IMG/VR virus record: IMGVR_UViG_3300030019_000008 | Length of the DNA stretch: 64,000 nt | Source of the DNA: a virus | Direction: 5' to 3' (one strand) | In this document: positions 50,201 through 59,028 of the stretch, one piece after another | Position numbering within the stretch: position 1 is the stretch's first letter | Layout: every line of letters starts with the position of its first letter | The notes under the pieces: generated by a model | What the model saw: the letters and a program-made list of their open reading frames with translations, nothing else | Told to the model about the DNA's origin: nothing | Databases searched by the model: none | Position numbers and translations under genes: made by a program

Positions 50201-51306
50201 TGAAGCCCATGCTCGATGAAGTTGCGAAGATGGTCGGGGTTGATCCTAACCTGCTGGCTACATTTGCAGCTATTGAGTCTGGCTTTAATCCGAGTGCTCA
50301 TGCAAAGGGTGGTTCCGCATCAGGTCTGTTCCAGTTCATCGACAGCACCTGGAACATGATGATCAAAAAGTATGGTCCTAAGTACGGTATCGCACCTGGG
50401 ACTAATCAATTCGATCCTCGTGCTAATGCGCTCATGGGTGCTGAGTATCTGAAGAACAATGCTCAGATCATCAGCAAAGCCGTGGGTAGAGCTCCGACAC
50501 AAACGGACCTTTATCTGGCTCACTTCATGGGTACAGGCGGTGCTACCAAGCTACTCAAGGCCGATCCCGATACCATAGCCGCAAATCTGTTCCCGAAGGA
50601 AGCAAGTGCTAACCCGAATATCTTCTATCCGGGTAAGCAACCGATTACCATTAAGGGGATGTACAACAATATCACTCAGCTGATGGCTAACCGCACGAAG
50701 CAGTTTGGTATTGGTGGAAAGATGGCGGCTCCTGCCACAATGCCTGTGGCAGCCGGTGCAAAGCCTAAGGACGCAGTTACAGCGGCAAAGGGAGTAGCAA
50801 GTACGGCTCCTGGAGTTCCTGCTCCTACAAAACCCGTCACTCCCGCCGTAGCACCTGTCGCTGCCAAAACATCGGTAACGGCTGCTGTTACCGGTAATGG
50901 TGGCAGTAGTGGTGAAGTGGCCAAGATTACTGTTATTGGCAAACGCAAGTCTGTCGATAGCACGTCGTCTGTGGCATCTGCGATGTCGAGTAATGCGGTG
51001 GCAATGCAAACTGCTGCTCGCACATCATCCTACACCAATAGCGGGCTTGACAATGGTAGCAACAGCGATGTTGTCAAGGTTCTTCAAGCGCAAACGGATA
51101 TCCTCAAAGACATCCGGGATGCACTCTCGAAGAATGGTATTAGGGTGGCATCTGTTGATTCAATGCCTAACTCCTCACAGGGTAGTGTTGCATCATCTGA
51201 CACATCTACACCGACTACTTCGGCTGACATCAGTGGGGACAATCCACAGGCGTCGACGAATCGTTCTCGTAGAGCAATACCCGTTTCAATGAAGAAGACG
51301 GCATAA
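44299..51306 (+). CDS. Large tail-associated protein with lytic transglycosylase domain (phiKZ gp181-like)
   Basis: 2335 aa; SLT motifs FAAIESGFNP...ASGLFQFIDSTW...LYLAHFMG near the C-terminus; Gly/Ala/Lys-rich tape-measure-like middle; synteny. Confidence 0.9.
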   Translation: MSKSKSKGGDFDFDDKDLDFGNDFDFDFDKISADKAPKVKGGRAAIQDVGRGMIEGMKDEALSANFFKRVVKKALPKEYGKAMDFAEDSVGTIKDTFADAAKIAKPAINQTKRTIQKLVPSMRGKIPKGMADKLEAWSKPESTGVGAQGDQRESGLQMMMASLFQQQAEDQQEKDAQTGAKSMLQDALTTTRHNDNMSQLDAIRMNTLRLATYQDRVTARYQRQMLEIQYRHYFVAQDTLEELKKVSVTATTNLEAITHNTALPEIQKMKKSESFKEQIRNRFVGGALDSVLGKRGEFASNFKKNLAGTVQSKMRDFTDSFTTALEAAESMNDMMESSKEMGMDMSYNQIGGSIVGGSMVQKLGNWLGDKASKAIGKNKKLDTAVRKGAQNLGYGMENKEQLLKDFANSDKWDNIPIIGGFVRGIKDLVPSLRNSMSVTSDNMRGLREPVAFNNGANKSITEIIPGFLSRIHQELKIIRTGDASTEALVYDHSANKFSEHTTFKAKVFGDLIRKDDRERTDRDSDALIDMIDPKKKLKRHERAALSKHLITNNINGVTADPTQLARTSHYTGDAAKHAKKFSRLFKDAFKIDDEGKMAGTVESATLRRQFASKYNELGSAFSGINGRMQDYVNAGNYQQLQELGIIDDQGYVNNKLMEEYMGGKMPNLGQKPNGPVKPTTTQQSLMNQIHTDHTTQTNAKNINRRRRGKRGMFGDPDGEDISTPKGWNKDVINNQERMIEAIKEANTSETTDKILEAVVSIGSILPELSFTGGNGDPKQAEKLGFFQRSIGGLLSSGIKGAFSGARKLVTGSLKLGMKLTRGVFKGTGWGAGKVLGGLGWAKNYLTSKYEAADIWVKGDLKPRLLAWKLEAGEYLDAKTGEVITKLEDIKGDIKDKAGNIVMTLEDFKKAYVPKAKMRITRAIQSIASLAKGALDMGLNGTRSLYSAMWKYGKMGHAFLQDKLSRGEDVYVKGEKLPRLTAIVMRGKGYFSVNTGKVIRRGHDIDGAVRNAQNEIVLTEADIAQGIHDVDGKPFKSRLMKAKDFVVGKVKKAWDITTGLVGRGWEMTKGLFGGIKKGIFGADGLEIAGGKKIRTTLEAILDLLRERLPKPKRIRKGSWEEREKEDAARSEEKKSALEKIKEGVSGNPLAKLLKAGGAGILGALGGLFGKKGGKGKDGEEEGKGGSSWLDRSLDALNAYSDYKMIKGMGGAGKAAEAGAAIAGKTRLGRWLGAGRGLIGKGAALGGQVLEGFSPSAMKGLRAVGGKGAGLLAAGKGKIGTGLEAVKGWGGKAAEAVKGKMPGKGLWEGAKDMTKSGWGKMAGWFGKGGAAAAGAGAAEAGEAAAVGSKALRFGKTLKAVTPGAIAGLGLDYAGDKVGHENRTGAGLDIAGDIATGASTGAVVASFIPVPILSTMIGGLVGGAAGGAYGLYKNWDTMKFKASDFFGEKASLSNFFFGQRLPGKIGMVRMAQYGVLPTEEDKVKKLLTLEKIVRDNAKMVNGRLSYSTKDIPAKDILKAFSIDPTKPADVQRFHEWFAVRFKPVFAQHMESLYAVNPKANLDTLDDDLDPDQKTKYLNAVKSIPGIFGWTKSPFADGENLSSNAAEVDNAIAIATKSIGDTGKNGKPAVVAAVAAGAAVNAAQGGGKTDGQNLVNGVNNLTDVPGNSLKDVAKSAGKVGISGAGVGFENGKVSLTSLDSVRMKTYGLVNLDLAKVRAIMKLEEAAEDGLTFTSDKTANWSGDVPALVAKCGGAFGVPSLNTEEGTNFMTWLTHRFIPVFTTLASGIKVITGKNTPVKTMRALTDEQALNVATALQTAKDSNGVSVWTITTSPWPDYTLNTSSQSVQRTLIMMRSTVKPTTASEKTTMVDRRTDENIRQAQKNGSLVKGPWTVAQGAADAAAMANNTPSRGFMGAIEHTAGQLWHDVKNVFGFGDRSQVGEGAATANVGMTGTGGKVDGIASPKGAAGYAAMKPMLDEVAKMVGVDPNLLATFAAIESGFNPSAHAKGGSASGLFQFIDSTWNMMIKKYGPKYGIAPGTNQFDPRANALMGAEYLKNNAQIISKAVGRAPTQTDLYLAHFMGTGGATKLLKADPDTIAANLFPKEASANPNIFYPGKQPITIKGMYNNITQLMANRTKQFGIGGKMAAPATMPVAAGAKPKDAVTAAKGVASTAPGVPAPTKPVTPAVAPVAAKTSVTAAVTGNGGSSGEVAKITVIGKRKSVDSTSSVASAMSSNAVAMQTAARTSSYTNSGLDNGSNSDVVKVLQAQTDILKDIRDALSKNGIRVASVDSMPNSSQGSVASSDTSTPTTSADISGDNPQASTNRSRRAIPVSMKKTA

Positions 51307-51317
51307 CCTACTGTAAA

Positions 51318-51352
51318 CCATACTCCTTCGGATAATATCTGAGGGAGTATGG
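51318..51352 (+). terminator. Hairpin after the gp181-like gene
   Basis: ccatactccttcggata...tatctgagggagtatgg; two G-U pairs that form only on the + strand transcript. Confidence 0.6.
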
Positions 51353-51411
51353 AGCAGTTTTCTATGATTCTCCACACATCTAAAGACTTTAACTAACAAG
51401 GGACTATCGAA

Positions 51412-53322
51412 ATGGCCGGTCCTCTACTTGCCGACAGAGAGTGGATTCAGAAAGCATTTTTCCTGAATAAGAATGCTTACGACAATGCTACCACAAAAGC
51501 ACGTCGCACCTTCTCTACTGTCCTCTTCAAATTTACCGATACCACCCCTGGTGGTAACTTTGCAATCAACCCCCTCCCCCAGTTCACAAGAACGGCTGAC
51601 ATCCCTGTTAAGGGTCGCTATACTTCTTCAACTGGCATGGGAAGATGCTACAGTGAAGCGATTGATGACAATCAGCAGCTGGTCAACATGCGCTATGGTG
51701 TTCCTCAGTTCAATTCACTGACGACCTTCTTTACTGGATTCTATAAAGCCAGTGCAGGTAGGCTGGCTCGTACAGGTCGTGGTTTCAGCGTCATGGGTCT
51801 ATTGGGTAAAGTAGCGGGTTATGTGGTTAACCTGATTACTCTGCCTCTGACCATCATCATGACCACGTTCTACATCATTCGGTTTCTGGCTGGTAAACCG
51901 AGTAGTAAGTACTACTACTTGAAACCCACCATGCCACTGTACTGGAACGCCGTGACCACCATGGTTAACATCATGGCGGTGAACCGAGGTATCTTGCCTC
52001 GTGTGTTTGGTGACAATACAGTTCAACAGGCAATGGGGCGCTCCGACTTGAACTTCTCACCCGACCAATACAAACTCTACAAGAAAATGCTCAAGGGCGA
52101 TGTTTTCTTGGAGTCTGGCGGTATCGACGTCTATGCCATTGCAAACAGGGCTCAGAGACTCGCTAGGCGTCAGCAAAAGGCCATGCAGGCAGCAGCTGAG
52201 TCTTCCGACACTATCACGCTCGATAAGCTGGTGGATTCTGTTAGCAAGCAAGGATTGGATGGTGCTGGTCCACACAAAAACCTGCCTGACTATGTGAGCG
52301 CATGGTGGTCAAGTGGTCCGGGTGAAATGCCTACTTCTCCGGATGGTACTGCCAGCAAGACTACCTCGGATGAGCAAGTTCCCAAACAAGGAGATGAGTC
52401 AGTTTGGGAAAGACTGGCTAGCTTCTATACTGCCGAACTCGATGACGGTTCGGCTTTTGCAACGTTCCGAGTCGATGCGTCAGGTCCTGCCAGTGAGAGT
52501 TTCAGCAATACCCACACACCATCCGAGATTGCTCAGTCAATCAACGGTATGTCTGCATCATCCAGAAGCACAAATTTCTCACTGGCTGGCGGCAATATTG
52601 CATCAGCTATTACTTCTGCAATTGGCGGGATCAAAGACTTCACAGCTGAACTGGCTGATAGTGTCGGCTTGCAAGGATTGGTGGTACTGGGCGGTGGTGC
52701 TTTTGCTGATATTCCCGAACACTGGGATCAGTCGTCTGCATCATTCAACAGAACGAGTTATTCCTTCAAGCTTATCTGTCCGTACAACAATCCACTGTGT
52801 CAGCTGATCTATATCGACTTGCCGATGGCTATGCTCTTGGCTGCGGCATTGCCGATGTCAACTGGTCCTCAGTCGTACACGAGTCCATTCCTGCTTGAAC
52901 TCTACGACAAGGGACACTGCCAGACACGACTGGGAATGATTGATAGTCTGTCATTCACTCGCGGTACGGCTAACCTACCATTCAGCTCAGAATGGAAAGC
53001 AATGGCTGTGGATGTCAGCTTTACTATTGCCGATCTTTCCAGCGTGATTGCGATGCCTATCACTGAAGGCTTTACCATGAACCTGGTTGATACCACTTTT
53101 AGTGACGACAATACCTTCACGGACTATATGGCTGTTCTGGCAGGCATGGGTCTAGCAGATCAGATCTATGCTCTGCGTAAATTGAAACTCAACCTGACTC
53201 GCCAGATGGCTCAATGGAACACATTCTTTAGCGTGTCTCACTTTGCTAACTGGATGGGTGACAACTCTTTCATTCCTCCTTCGAAGTTGATGTCCGCTTG
53301 GTATCGCGGCACAGGCAGATAA
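51412..53322 (+). CDS. Virion structural protein (phiKZ gp182-like, tail/baseplate)
   Basis: 636 aa; FTDTTPGGNFAINPLPQFTRTAD...GMGRCYSEAIDDN; follows the gp181-like gene. Confidence 0.8.
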   Translation: MAGPLLADREWIQKAFFLNKNAYDNATTKARRTFSTVLFKFTDTTPGGNFAINPLPQFTRTADIPVKGRYTSSTGMGRCYSEAIDDNQQLVNMRYGVPQFNSLTTFFTGFYKASAGRLARTGRGFSVMGLLGKVAGYVVNLITLPLTIIMTTFYIIRFLAGKPSSKYYYLKPTMPLYWNAVTTMVNIMAVNRGILPRVFGDNTVQQAMGRSDLNFSPDQYKLYKKMLKGDVFLESGGIDVYAIANRAQRLARRQQKAMQAAAESSDTITLDKLVDSVSKQGLDGAGPHKNLPDYVSAWWSSGPGEMPTSPDGTASKTTSDEQVPKQGDESVWERLASFYTAELDDGSAFATFRVDASGPASESFSNTHTPSEIAQSINGMSASSRSTNFSLAGGNIASAITSAIGGIKDFTAELADSVGLQGLVVLGGGAFADIPEHWDQSSASFNRTSYSFKLICPYNNPLCQLIYIDLPMAMLLAAALPMSTGPQSYTSPFLLELYDKGHCQTRLGMIDSLSFTRGTANLPFSSEWKAMAVDVSFTIADLSSVIAMPITEGFTMNLVDTTFSDDNTFTDYMAVLAGMGLADQIYALRKLKLNLTRQMAQWNTFFSVSHFANWMGDNSFIPPSKLMSAWYRGTGR

Positions 53323-53329
53323 CTGCATA

Positions 53330-53368
53330 CTCTCTATCCTACTCCTTTCACGGGAGTAGGATAGAGAG
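53330..53368. terminator. Hairpin between convergent genes (16-bp stem)
   Basis: ctctctatcctactcc-tttcacg-ggagtaggatagagag. Confidence 0.7.
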
Positions 53369-53376
53369 AGCAGCAA

Positions 53377-53784
53377 TCACATCACTTTGTCAAGTGATTG
53401 ATAAACAGAAACCAGCCAGTCATTGATGTTGCCATATGGGGAGAAGAAGCGATTCATAACTTCATGCGTCACAGTCATGTCAGGAAAAGACATGATCATG
53501 TCCAGCTCTTTTGAGCACTTGTAGGTTAACTGCCCACCAAACTCATCAGGAGCCTTGACAATGTAGACGGGTCCCAAGACCGTTCCGATGATCAGGATCT
53601 TGTAAGAACAGGTGCCAAACCGACTCTCGGCATAGTACTCGTACTTACAAACACGACTGGCTGCAATCTCAGGATGTTCATCGCTCATCAATCCATCGAG
53701 CTGGTCAGGGTGATAAATACGGCCCGTATAGACATCCGTGCAAGCATCAAAATAGTGTTCAAACAAAGCCCTGGCTGACATCAT
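53377..53784 (-). CDS. Hypothetical protein
   Basis: ORF track 53377-53859; start moved to MMSARAL, which follows AAGGAAGGA. Confidence 0.65.
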   Translation of the reverse strand: MMSARALFEHYFDACTDVYTGRIYHPDQLDGLMSDEHPEIAASRVCKYEYYAESRFGTCSYKILIIGTVLGPVYIVKAPDEFGGQLTYKCSKELDMIMSFPDMTVTHEVMNRFFSPYGNINDWLVSVYQSLDKVM

Positions 53785-53791
53785 TCCTTCC

Positions 53792-54880
53792 TTAAAAGAA
53801 GGTCGTGATCTGACTCGACACACTGCTCGACAGATTAAGACCATTTTTACTGGATGCATCCGAAATACTCGATGTTACATCATCGGTTGTCAATTGCGTT
53901 GCAAGCAAGTAATCGACAGACTTATCATCTTTCGATCCTGTTGCACCTGCCGCTATCACAGACTTAAAACCAGATGTGGGGTCCGAGCTACTCGTGAGCA
54001 GAGATGAAATATCCGTGCACACTTCAGGAGTAGTACTCAGAGGGTTACGTGTTGCCACATTCCACGTAGGATCGACCGCTGTGAACGTGGAGAATGAACT
54101 CGTATAGGACGACACCTTATCAGAGATAGAGGCAGCATCCGTGGTCTGGAAACTGGTGGCGTACGTACTCACTAGTGAAGGACTGGCACACTCAGCAGCA
54201 CCCTTGGTACTCAAACCCACCATGGACTTGAGATCAATGCTGTTAGCGTACTTAGCAGCTGAGTTAGCAGCCATCTTCGTGATAGAGTCGATGACGCCCT
54301 TCTCACTGGATGCATTGAGCACTGTTCCAGACAAACCCTGAACACCGAGCTTGCTAGCAGTGTTGAGCAAAGCTGCCCCTGCCGTAATTGCTGCGCTGGT
54401 GTCCGTGATCTTCAATGTATTGACGCCAGTGATATTTTTCGCCATTGACTGCAATGACGTTACACTCGTCAGATTACCTACATTGATATTGGATACCACA
54501 CCACCGATGTTAGTGCTGAGCTTGTCTGACATGCCCAGTGCAGCACACGCTGATGCTACAGATGTGCTCGCTGACTTGGTAAGACCAGTGAGCAAGTTCG
54601 AAGTGGTGGAATTGCTTGCCAGCCTTTGCAATACTTGAGAGACTGATTTTGTTGACGCTGCCGTCTTAGCCAGTGCAATTACATCAGTCAGATTGGAACC
54701 AGTGATCTTGGTGTTGCTGCTCTTAATGGTGTCCAAGACATCCGCGGATGGCTTGGTGGTAACTGACTCAACGGATGAAACAACAGCATTATTACCGCTG
54801 GCGTTATAAACGTCAACAGTGGCAGTGCTGTCATCTGCACCTGTTGAGAATACGGTAGTTGCAAGGCGAGGGATTGCCAT
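53792..54880 (-). CDS. Ser/Thr/Ala-rich putative virion structural protein
   Basis: Start at MAIPRLATTVF...VDVY after GAGG; composition typical of virion proteins. Confidence 0.65.
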   Translation of the reverse strand: MAIPRLATTVFSTGADDSTATVDVYNASGNNAVVSSVESVTTKPSADVLDTIKSSNTKITGSNLTDVIALAKTAASTKSVSQVLQRLASNSTTSNLLTGLTKSASTSVASACAALGMSDKLSTNIGGVVSNINVGNLTSVTSLQSMAKNITGVNTLKITDTSAAITAGAALLNTASKLGVQGLSGTVLNASSEKGVIDSITKMAANSAAKYANSIDLKSMVGLSTKGAAECASPSLVSTYATSFQTTDAASISDKVSSYTSSFSTFTAVDPTWNVATRNPLSTTPEVCTDISSLLTSSSDPTSGFKSVIAAGATGSKDDKSVDYLLATQLTTDDVTSSISDASSKNGLNLSSSVSSQITTFF

Positions 54881-54953
54881 TATGAACCTCTCTGGGATCA
54901 ATGATTTAGTCAAATGATTGACCCAAAGGGCAAAAAAAGAAATAAGCTCATAC

Positions 54954-54991
54954 CCATACCACCTAGAGACACATGTCTCTAGGTGGTATGG
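54954..54991 (-). terminator. Terminator hairpin
   Basis: ccataccacctagagac-acat-gtctctaggtggtatgg; A-run at ~54932-54938. Confidence 0.7.
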
Positions 54992-55000
54992 AATGGGTAC

Positions 55001-55570
55001 TTACTTCTTCGGATCAAACTCTTTCTTGCGATCACCTTGCAGGTATTCGCGGATGTGAGTCAGGCCTTCGATCAACCAATTGCAGTGAGTGCTGTGAACC
55101 AGAATCCTGTTGGGGCCATGCAGGTAGTACGACTTGAAAGGCAGAGACGACGATACCAGCAGGTATTCGAGATTGGGGTTTTGGGTGATTTTGTAGTAGC
55201 TGGCCAGAATGATTTCACGACGGAAGTTTGCAATCTTGACTTGCTTGGTCTTTTGCTTACCATACTGGTGAGCTGACAGACCGGAGATGCTGCGAAGTTG
55301 GTCATGCTGTTGGCGATTCTCCGCACATACCCAACGCCAGAATCCTTCAAGCGTCCGGAAAGGTCCGTAGATAGGGTGTGTGAAAGGAGTTTCAGCCAGA
55401 GTGCCAAGCAACTGTCCGAGTTCCGTACGGGAAGCATCATCGATGTTGATGTGGGTCACTCCGTCATTTTCAACTTCGCTCAAACTGAAGTTTGCCATGT
55501 CTTCGACGAGCGAGATCTCTTCGACAGGTGCTGATGGATTTCTTGGTTTTGCAAGTTGTTTTCCGGACAT
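55001..55570 (-). CDS. NADAR-like protein (paralog of 59021-59494)
   Basis: DGVTHINI...TELGQLL...PFTHPIYGPFRTLEGFW...KITQNPNL...SSLPFKSYY. Confidence 0.55.
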   Translation of the reverse strand: MSGKQLAKPRNPSAPVEEISLVEDMANFSLSEVENDGVTHINIDDASRTELGQLLGTLAETPFTHPIYGPFRTLEGFWRWVCAENRQQHDQLRSISGLSAHQYGKQKTKQVKIANFRREIILASYYKITQNPNLEYLLVSSSLPFKSYYLHGPNRILVHSTHCNWLIEGLTHIREYLQGDRKKEFDPKK

Positions 55571-55579
55571 AATTTTCTC

Positions 55580-55987
55580 TTATTGTTCATCATCAGGCAT
55601 GTCTTCGAGGATCACAGGAATACTCAGATGTTCCCACTCCGGGCAATCCCTACGCTTCCACCTGACGCTAAATTCCACATCAGTGATCTGGAGAATTCGG
55701 AACCCTTTACAGAGTACCTTCCAGGTCATCTTTCTACGTCCAAACTCCTTATTGAGATTCCCTTTATTGGAACCTCTGTCCTTACGGTTATCCGGAATAC
55801 CGTGACTGGGGTTTACCAAATACTGGTAAACCAAAGAAGTCCAGATGCTAGTTTTCGGAACAATCCGTCCAATCATCATTCGGAATAACCGACTGAGTAT
55901 TCCTCCAATACCCAAACAGTTCCCGACTAGATTGTCGCCATCTGAGATGATCTTCTCTATTGGATCAATCTCGTCATTTATACTCAT
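55580..55987 (-). CDS. Hypothetical protein
   Basis: ORF track 55580-56035; start moved to MSINDE, which follows AGGAG. Confidence 0.7.
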   Translation of the reverse strand: MSINDEIDPIEKIISDGDNLVGNCLGIGGILSRLFRMMIGRIVPKTSIWTSLVYQYLVNPSHGIPDNRKDRGSNKGNLNKEFGRRKMTWKVLCKGFRILQITDVEFSVRWKRRDCPEWEHLSIPVILEDMPDDEQ

Positions 55988-55995
55988 GCTTACTC

Positions 55996-56526
55996 CTATA
56001 CGAGGAAATAGGCAATCCTTGTCAACGTCTGGCAAAGATGGTCTACCAAACGCAAGCCTTGTCTGTGATAATAGCTCTCAAGTGCTTTATCACTGAGTTT
56101 TTGGTATTCTTCAATGAATTGAAAAATAGCTTTTTGTAGGGCTGTCCACTGAACTGTAACATCCAGGTAAGCACCTTTATGTGACACAAAGAACTTTATC
56201 AGGTCGGTATGCTGTGTCTCGCGATACCGATCAGTATTTACAGCATCTCCTTTCCTCATCAAGTGCCTGAAGTCATTCAGATGATTGATCACAGAATCTA
56301 TGGATGATGCGACTGCTTCAAATTCGTATTGAGATTTGAGAAAGTCCTCCTTTTCAATTATGTATTGTGGATCTATCGCACGACAGATTTCCAGAGCAGA
56401 ATCCATCAGGATTTCGAAATCTCTCTGGGATGTGAGCGATATATCATGTGAGCTGACGCGTCTCAGTATCGAGCGCAAGTTTGCGCGATAAAGAAACCGT
56501 CTAACAGCATAGAAAAATCCTTTCAC
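55996..56526 (-). CDS. Hypothetical protein
   Basis: 176-aa ORF with GGAGG RBS after a promoter-like motif. Confidence 0.7.
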   Translation of the reverse strand: MKGFFYAVRRFLYRANLRSILRRVSSHDISLTSQRDFEILMDSALEICRAIDPQYIIEKEDFLKSQYEFEAVASSIDSVINHLNDFRHLMRKGDAVNTDRYRETQHTDLIKFFVSHKGAYLDVTVQWTALQKAIFQFIEEYQKLSDKALESYYHRQGLRLVDHLCQTLTRIAYFLV

Positions 56527-56545
56527 TCTTTACCTCCACTGTAAA

Positions 56546-56574
56546 GTAATGAGTGTTTGAAAAAACTTAGAGCA
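56546..56574 (-). promoter_or_regulatory. Putative early promoter motif
   Basis: - strand tgctctaagttttttcaaacactcattac. Confidence 0.7.
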
Positions 56575-56579
56575 TACAA

Positions 56580-57119
56580 TTGGAGTCAATCATGACAGTC
56601 GAAGTTTTCCCGGCAGATGAGCCTCAAGAGCTCCCAACTGCTGAAGTTCTGGATGCAGAAGTCAAACCTGAAGAATCTCAGAATGTTCAGGATGAGGATC
56701 AAGAAGTTCTGAAATATACCCAAGGCCTGCGTCGTCAATTTGTCAATAGTCTCATCAATAAAGACGGTAAGGTCAGTGATGACAAGGTTGACAGATCATT
56801 CTTTCTGCAAGCCCTGGGTGATATGGATAGAGCGGCTCTGGGCAACATGCGTATCAAGGCCGACAAGAAAGCCGGGGATGCTGGCGTTCAAGCTGCTGCC
56901 ATGATTGCCAAGCTTCTTAAAGACCCGGTTCTCGCAGCAGCTCGCAGAGCCATTGCTCCTATAGAGCGAGAAATTCCGGTTCTTCCGGAGGAATTTCCTG
57001 ATCCTGATGTGGTTCCTGGGGAAGCTCAGTTTCACGCGGATGTTCTTGATTCTCAGGACTTCTTTCCGACGGAGAAGGAGGCTTCGGAGACTCGTCCTGC
57101 GATTGCGGATGAGGATTAG
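56580..57119 (+). CDS. Conserved jumbo-phage hypothetical protein
   Basis: 179-aa ORF (probable start MTVEV after GGAG); lone + strand gene near the gp149-like gene. Confidence 0.7.
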   Translation: MESIMTVEVFPADEPQELPTAEVLDAEVKPEESQNVQDEDQEVLKYTQGLRRQFVNSLINKDGKVSDDKVDRSFFLQALGDMDRAALGNMRIKADKKAGDAGVQAAAMIAKLLKDPVLAAARRAIAPIEREIPVLPEEFPDPDVVPGEAQFHADVLDSQDFFPTEKEASETRPAIADED

Positions 57120-57882
57120 TCATCTCCCCATTCAGAGCAGCTCTCACCTTCTGCGCAGCTCCATCGTCCAACCAGGTCAGATCTTCAGGCCTGATGATGG
57201 AGTAGAACTTGGTATCGACCACGTTGAGCTGAATCAAAAGCATCAGTTGCTGTTGCAGTGCTTCGAATGGATTGAAGGATTTCTTGGATTCTTCTTTCCA
57301 TTCCTCTACAGAGAGCTTTTTCTCGAAGAAGATCGAAGGCACTATCAAAATGGTGTTGCGACAGGGCTTGGTGATCAAGTCAGGAATGACATTGTTGAGC
57401 CACTCACCGTACTCGTACTTGACCACTGCGACGTACTCAATCAGCTTGTCGTGATCGAACTCCTCAGGAGAATGACTCACAAACTGAATATCGACCTCGT
57501 CGCCGAGCCAGTAGTTCATGGCTCCAGCATAAGCGATCTGAACCTCCTCATCGAACTCGACAGGGTAGGTATTGATCGTAAGCTTTGCTCGCACTCCCAT
57601 CCCGTTGATACTCTCATTGGCTATCTCAGCAATGAAAGACTTCAGGATAAACACCATCGAAGTCATTCTCGATTGACCGACAGTCTCAATACCACGCCTT
57701 TTATAGAGGTCGTGGTATTGAGACTCGTCTATGCCGTCGAACACATCCGTGATACGTTCGTGGTATCCATTCTTGAGGATACGAACAGCGGCTTCTTCGG
57801 AAATGCTGGCGATGGTGGCAATGCGAAAGTCAAGTAGTGCATCGATGTCAACATAGATGCTCAGAGCTTTTGGTTCTTTCAT
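56959..57882 (-). CDS. Conserved jumbo-phage protein with a HAD-like N-terminal DxD motif
   Basis: IYVDIDALLDFR; GAGGA RBS; adjacent to the gp149-like gene. Confidence 0.65.
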   Translation of the reverse strand: MKEPKALSIYVDIDALLDFRIATIASISEEAAVRILKNGYHERITDVFDGIDESQYHDLYKRRGIETVGQSRMTSMVFILKSFIAEIANESINGMGVRAKLTINTYPVEFDEEVQIAYAGAMNYWLGDEVDIQFVSHSPEEFDHDKLIEYVAVVKYEYGEWLNNVIPDLITKPCRNTILIVPSIFFEKKLSVEEWKEESKKSFNPFEALQQQLMLLIQLNVVDTKFYSIIRPEDLTWLDDGAAQKVRAALNGEMTNPHPQSQDESPKPPSPSERSPENQEHPRETELPQEPHQDQEIPPEEPEFLAL

Positions 57883-57898
57883 TGCCTAATCCTCGCTA

Positions 57899-58573
57899 TT
57901 ACAGGGTACTCTTCAGATGCATACCCGTGAGCACAGTTTTCAAAGTAACCGTGCTTGTGGTTTCAGTACCCAATTGATCAAGTGCATCCAGACGAACACC
58001 ACCAGTATTGCTGATGGAGTTGTTCATGGCGTTGAATCCTTCCAGATCCCCACCCCGATACTTCATGAACTCCACCAGTGCTTTGGAAAGACCCAAAGCT
58101 TGCATCACCTGGACTTCAGGGTACGAGATCTTCGCTCCCTTGGAATTGCCCGTAGGCTGACCAGAGAGATTGTCGATGGATTTGTTGTCCGAAGGGATTG
58201 AGATCTTCTTGACAAGAAGCTGAGCCTGGCGTCTGATCGGCAGATCCAGAATCATGTATTTCTCAGGTGTCTTGTACCGCACACCTGATGCAGGGTTGAC
58301 AATCCACAGATGTTCGAAGAAGTCATGCCCCATCTCTTTTGCAAGAGCGAGGTTGCGTTCCACTGAAAGAGCTTTCTCTCCCATGTTGGGCATCTGGTAG
58401 GATAAACCTTCTCCATCATTGGCTTCCAACTCACGAATCCAGACTTCAAACTCCTTGTCAGACATGCTAGCAAACATTTGCTTATACATGTCGACATTGA
58501 ATTTGTCACCTGGAACGATCTTGGCTATCCATGTCAACACTACGGCCTCTGCAGCTTTTCGATTCCCTGGCAT
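57899..58573 (-). CDS. Virion RNA polymerase beta C-terminal-like subunit (phiKZ gp149-like)
   Basis: LLVKKIS...DNLSGQPTGNSKGAKISYPEVQVM...EFMKYRGGD parallels the RpoB C-terminus (QQPLGGKAQ.GGQRFGEME...E.LT.KSDD); start MPGNRK after GGAG. Confidence 0.82.
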   Translation of the reverse strand: MPGNRKAAEAVVLTWIAKIVPGDKFNVDMYKQMFASMSDKEFEVWIRELEANDGEGLSYQMPNMGEKALSVERNLALAKEMGHDFFEHLWIVNPASGVRYKTPEKYMILDLPIRRQAQLLVKKISIPSDNKSIDNLSGQPTGNSKGAKISYPEVQVMQALGLSKALVEFMKYRGGDLEGFNAMNNSISNTGGVRLDALDQLGTETTSTVTLKTVLTGMHLKSTL

Positions 58574-58635
58574 TTGTATCTCCCGTGTAATTGCCAGATA
58601 CAAAAATCCGGCTAACCATTCATAGAATGATCGCT

Positions 58636-59028
58636 TCACGCCTCAGGACGTCTGTGGTGCAGGCGCTTTAATCCGTGGTCAACCGCCAAGGAACAAGGAT
58701 TGCGTTCCAAGATAGCTACCAGACCGATGAGTTCTTTTCGAACGAAGTCACCAAAGTAACCATCGTCTCGATCCTTGGCAGATGCTTCAGCTCGATCCCT
58801 GAAGAGGATATCGTGCACTATGTACAGTGCCAAATACCTTTTATGCGATCCGTACTCTGCTAGATTCATCACACCATTGTAAACGAGCTGGATATCTAGA
58901 GGCATGCTCTTGAAACATCTTGACAGAGCAGATAGCTTGGCATCGATATCGACACACTCAGCAAAACCATCCCTGCACAGATCGTAAAAACGCACCTGAG
59001 TATCAAGCACCTCTTTCATTTTAGACAT
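58636..59028 (-). CDS. Hypothetical protein
   Basis: ORF track 58636-59142; start moved to MSKMKE, overlapping the upstream stop. Confidence 0.6.
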   Translation of the reverse strand: MSKMKEVLDTQVRFYDLCRDGFAECVDIDAKLSALSRCFKSMPLDIQLVYNGVMNLAEYGSHKRYLALYIVHDILFRDRAEASAKDRDDGYFGDFVRKELIGLVAILERNPCSLAVDHGLKRLHHRRPEA

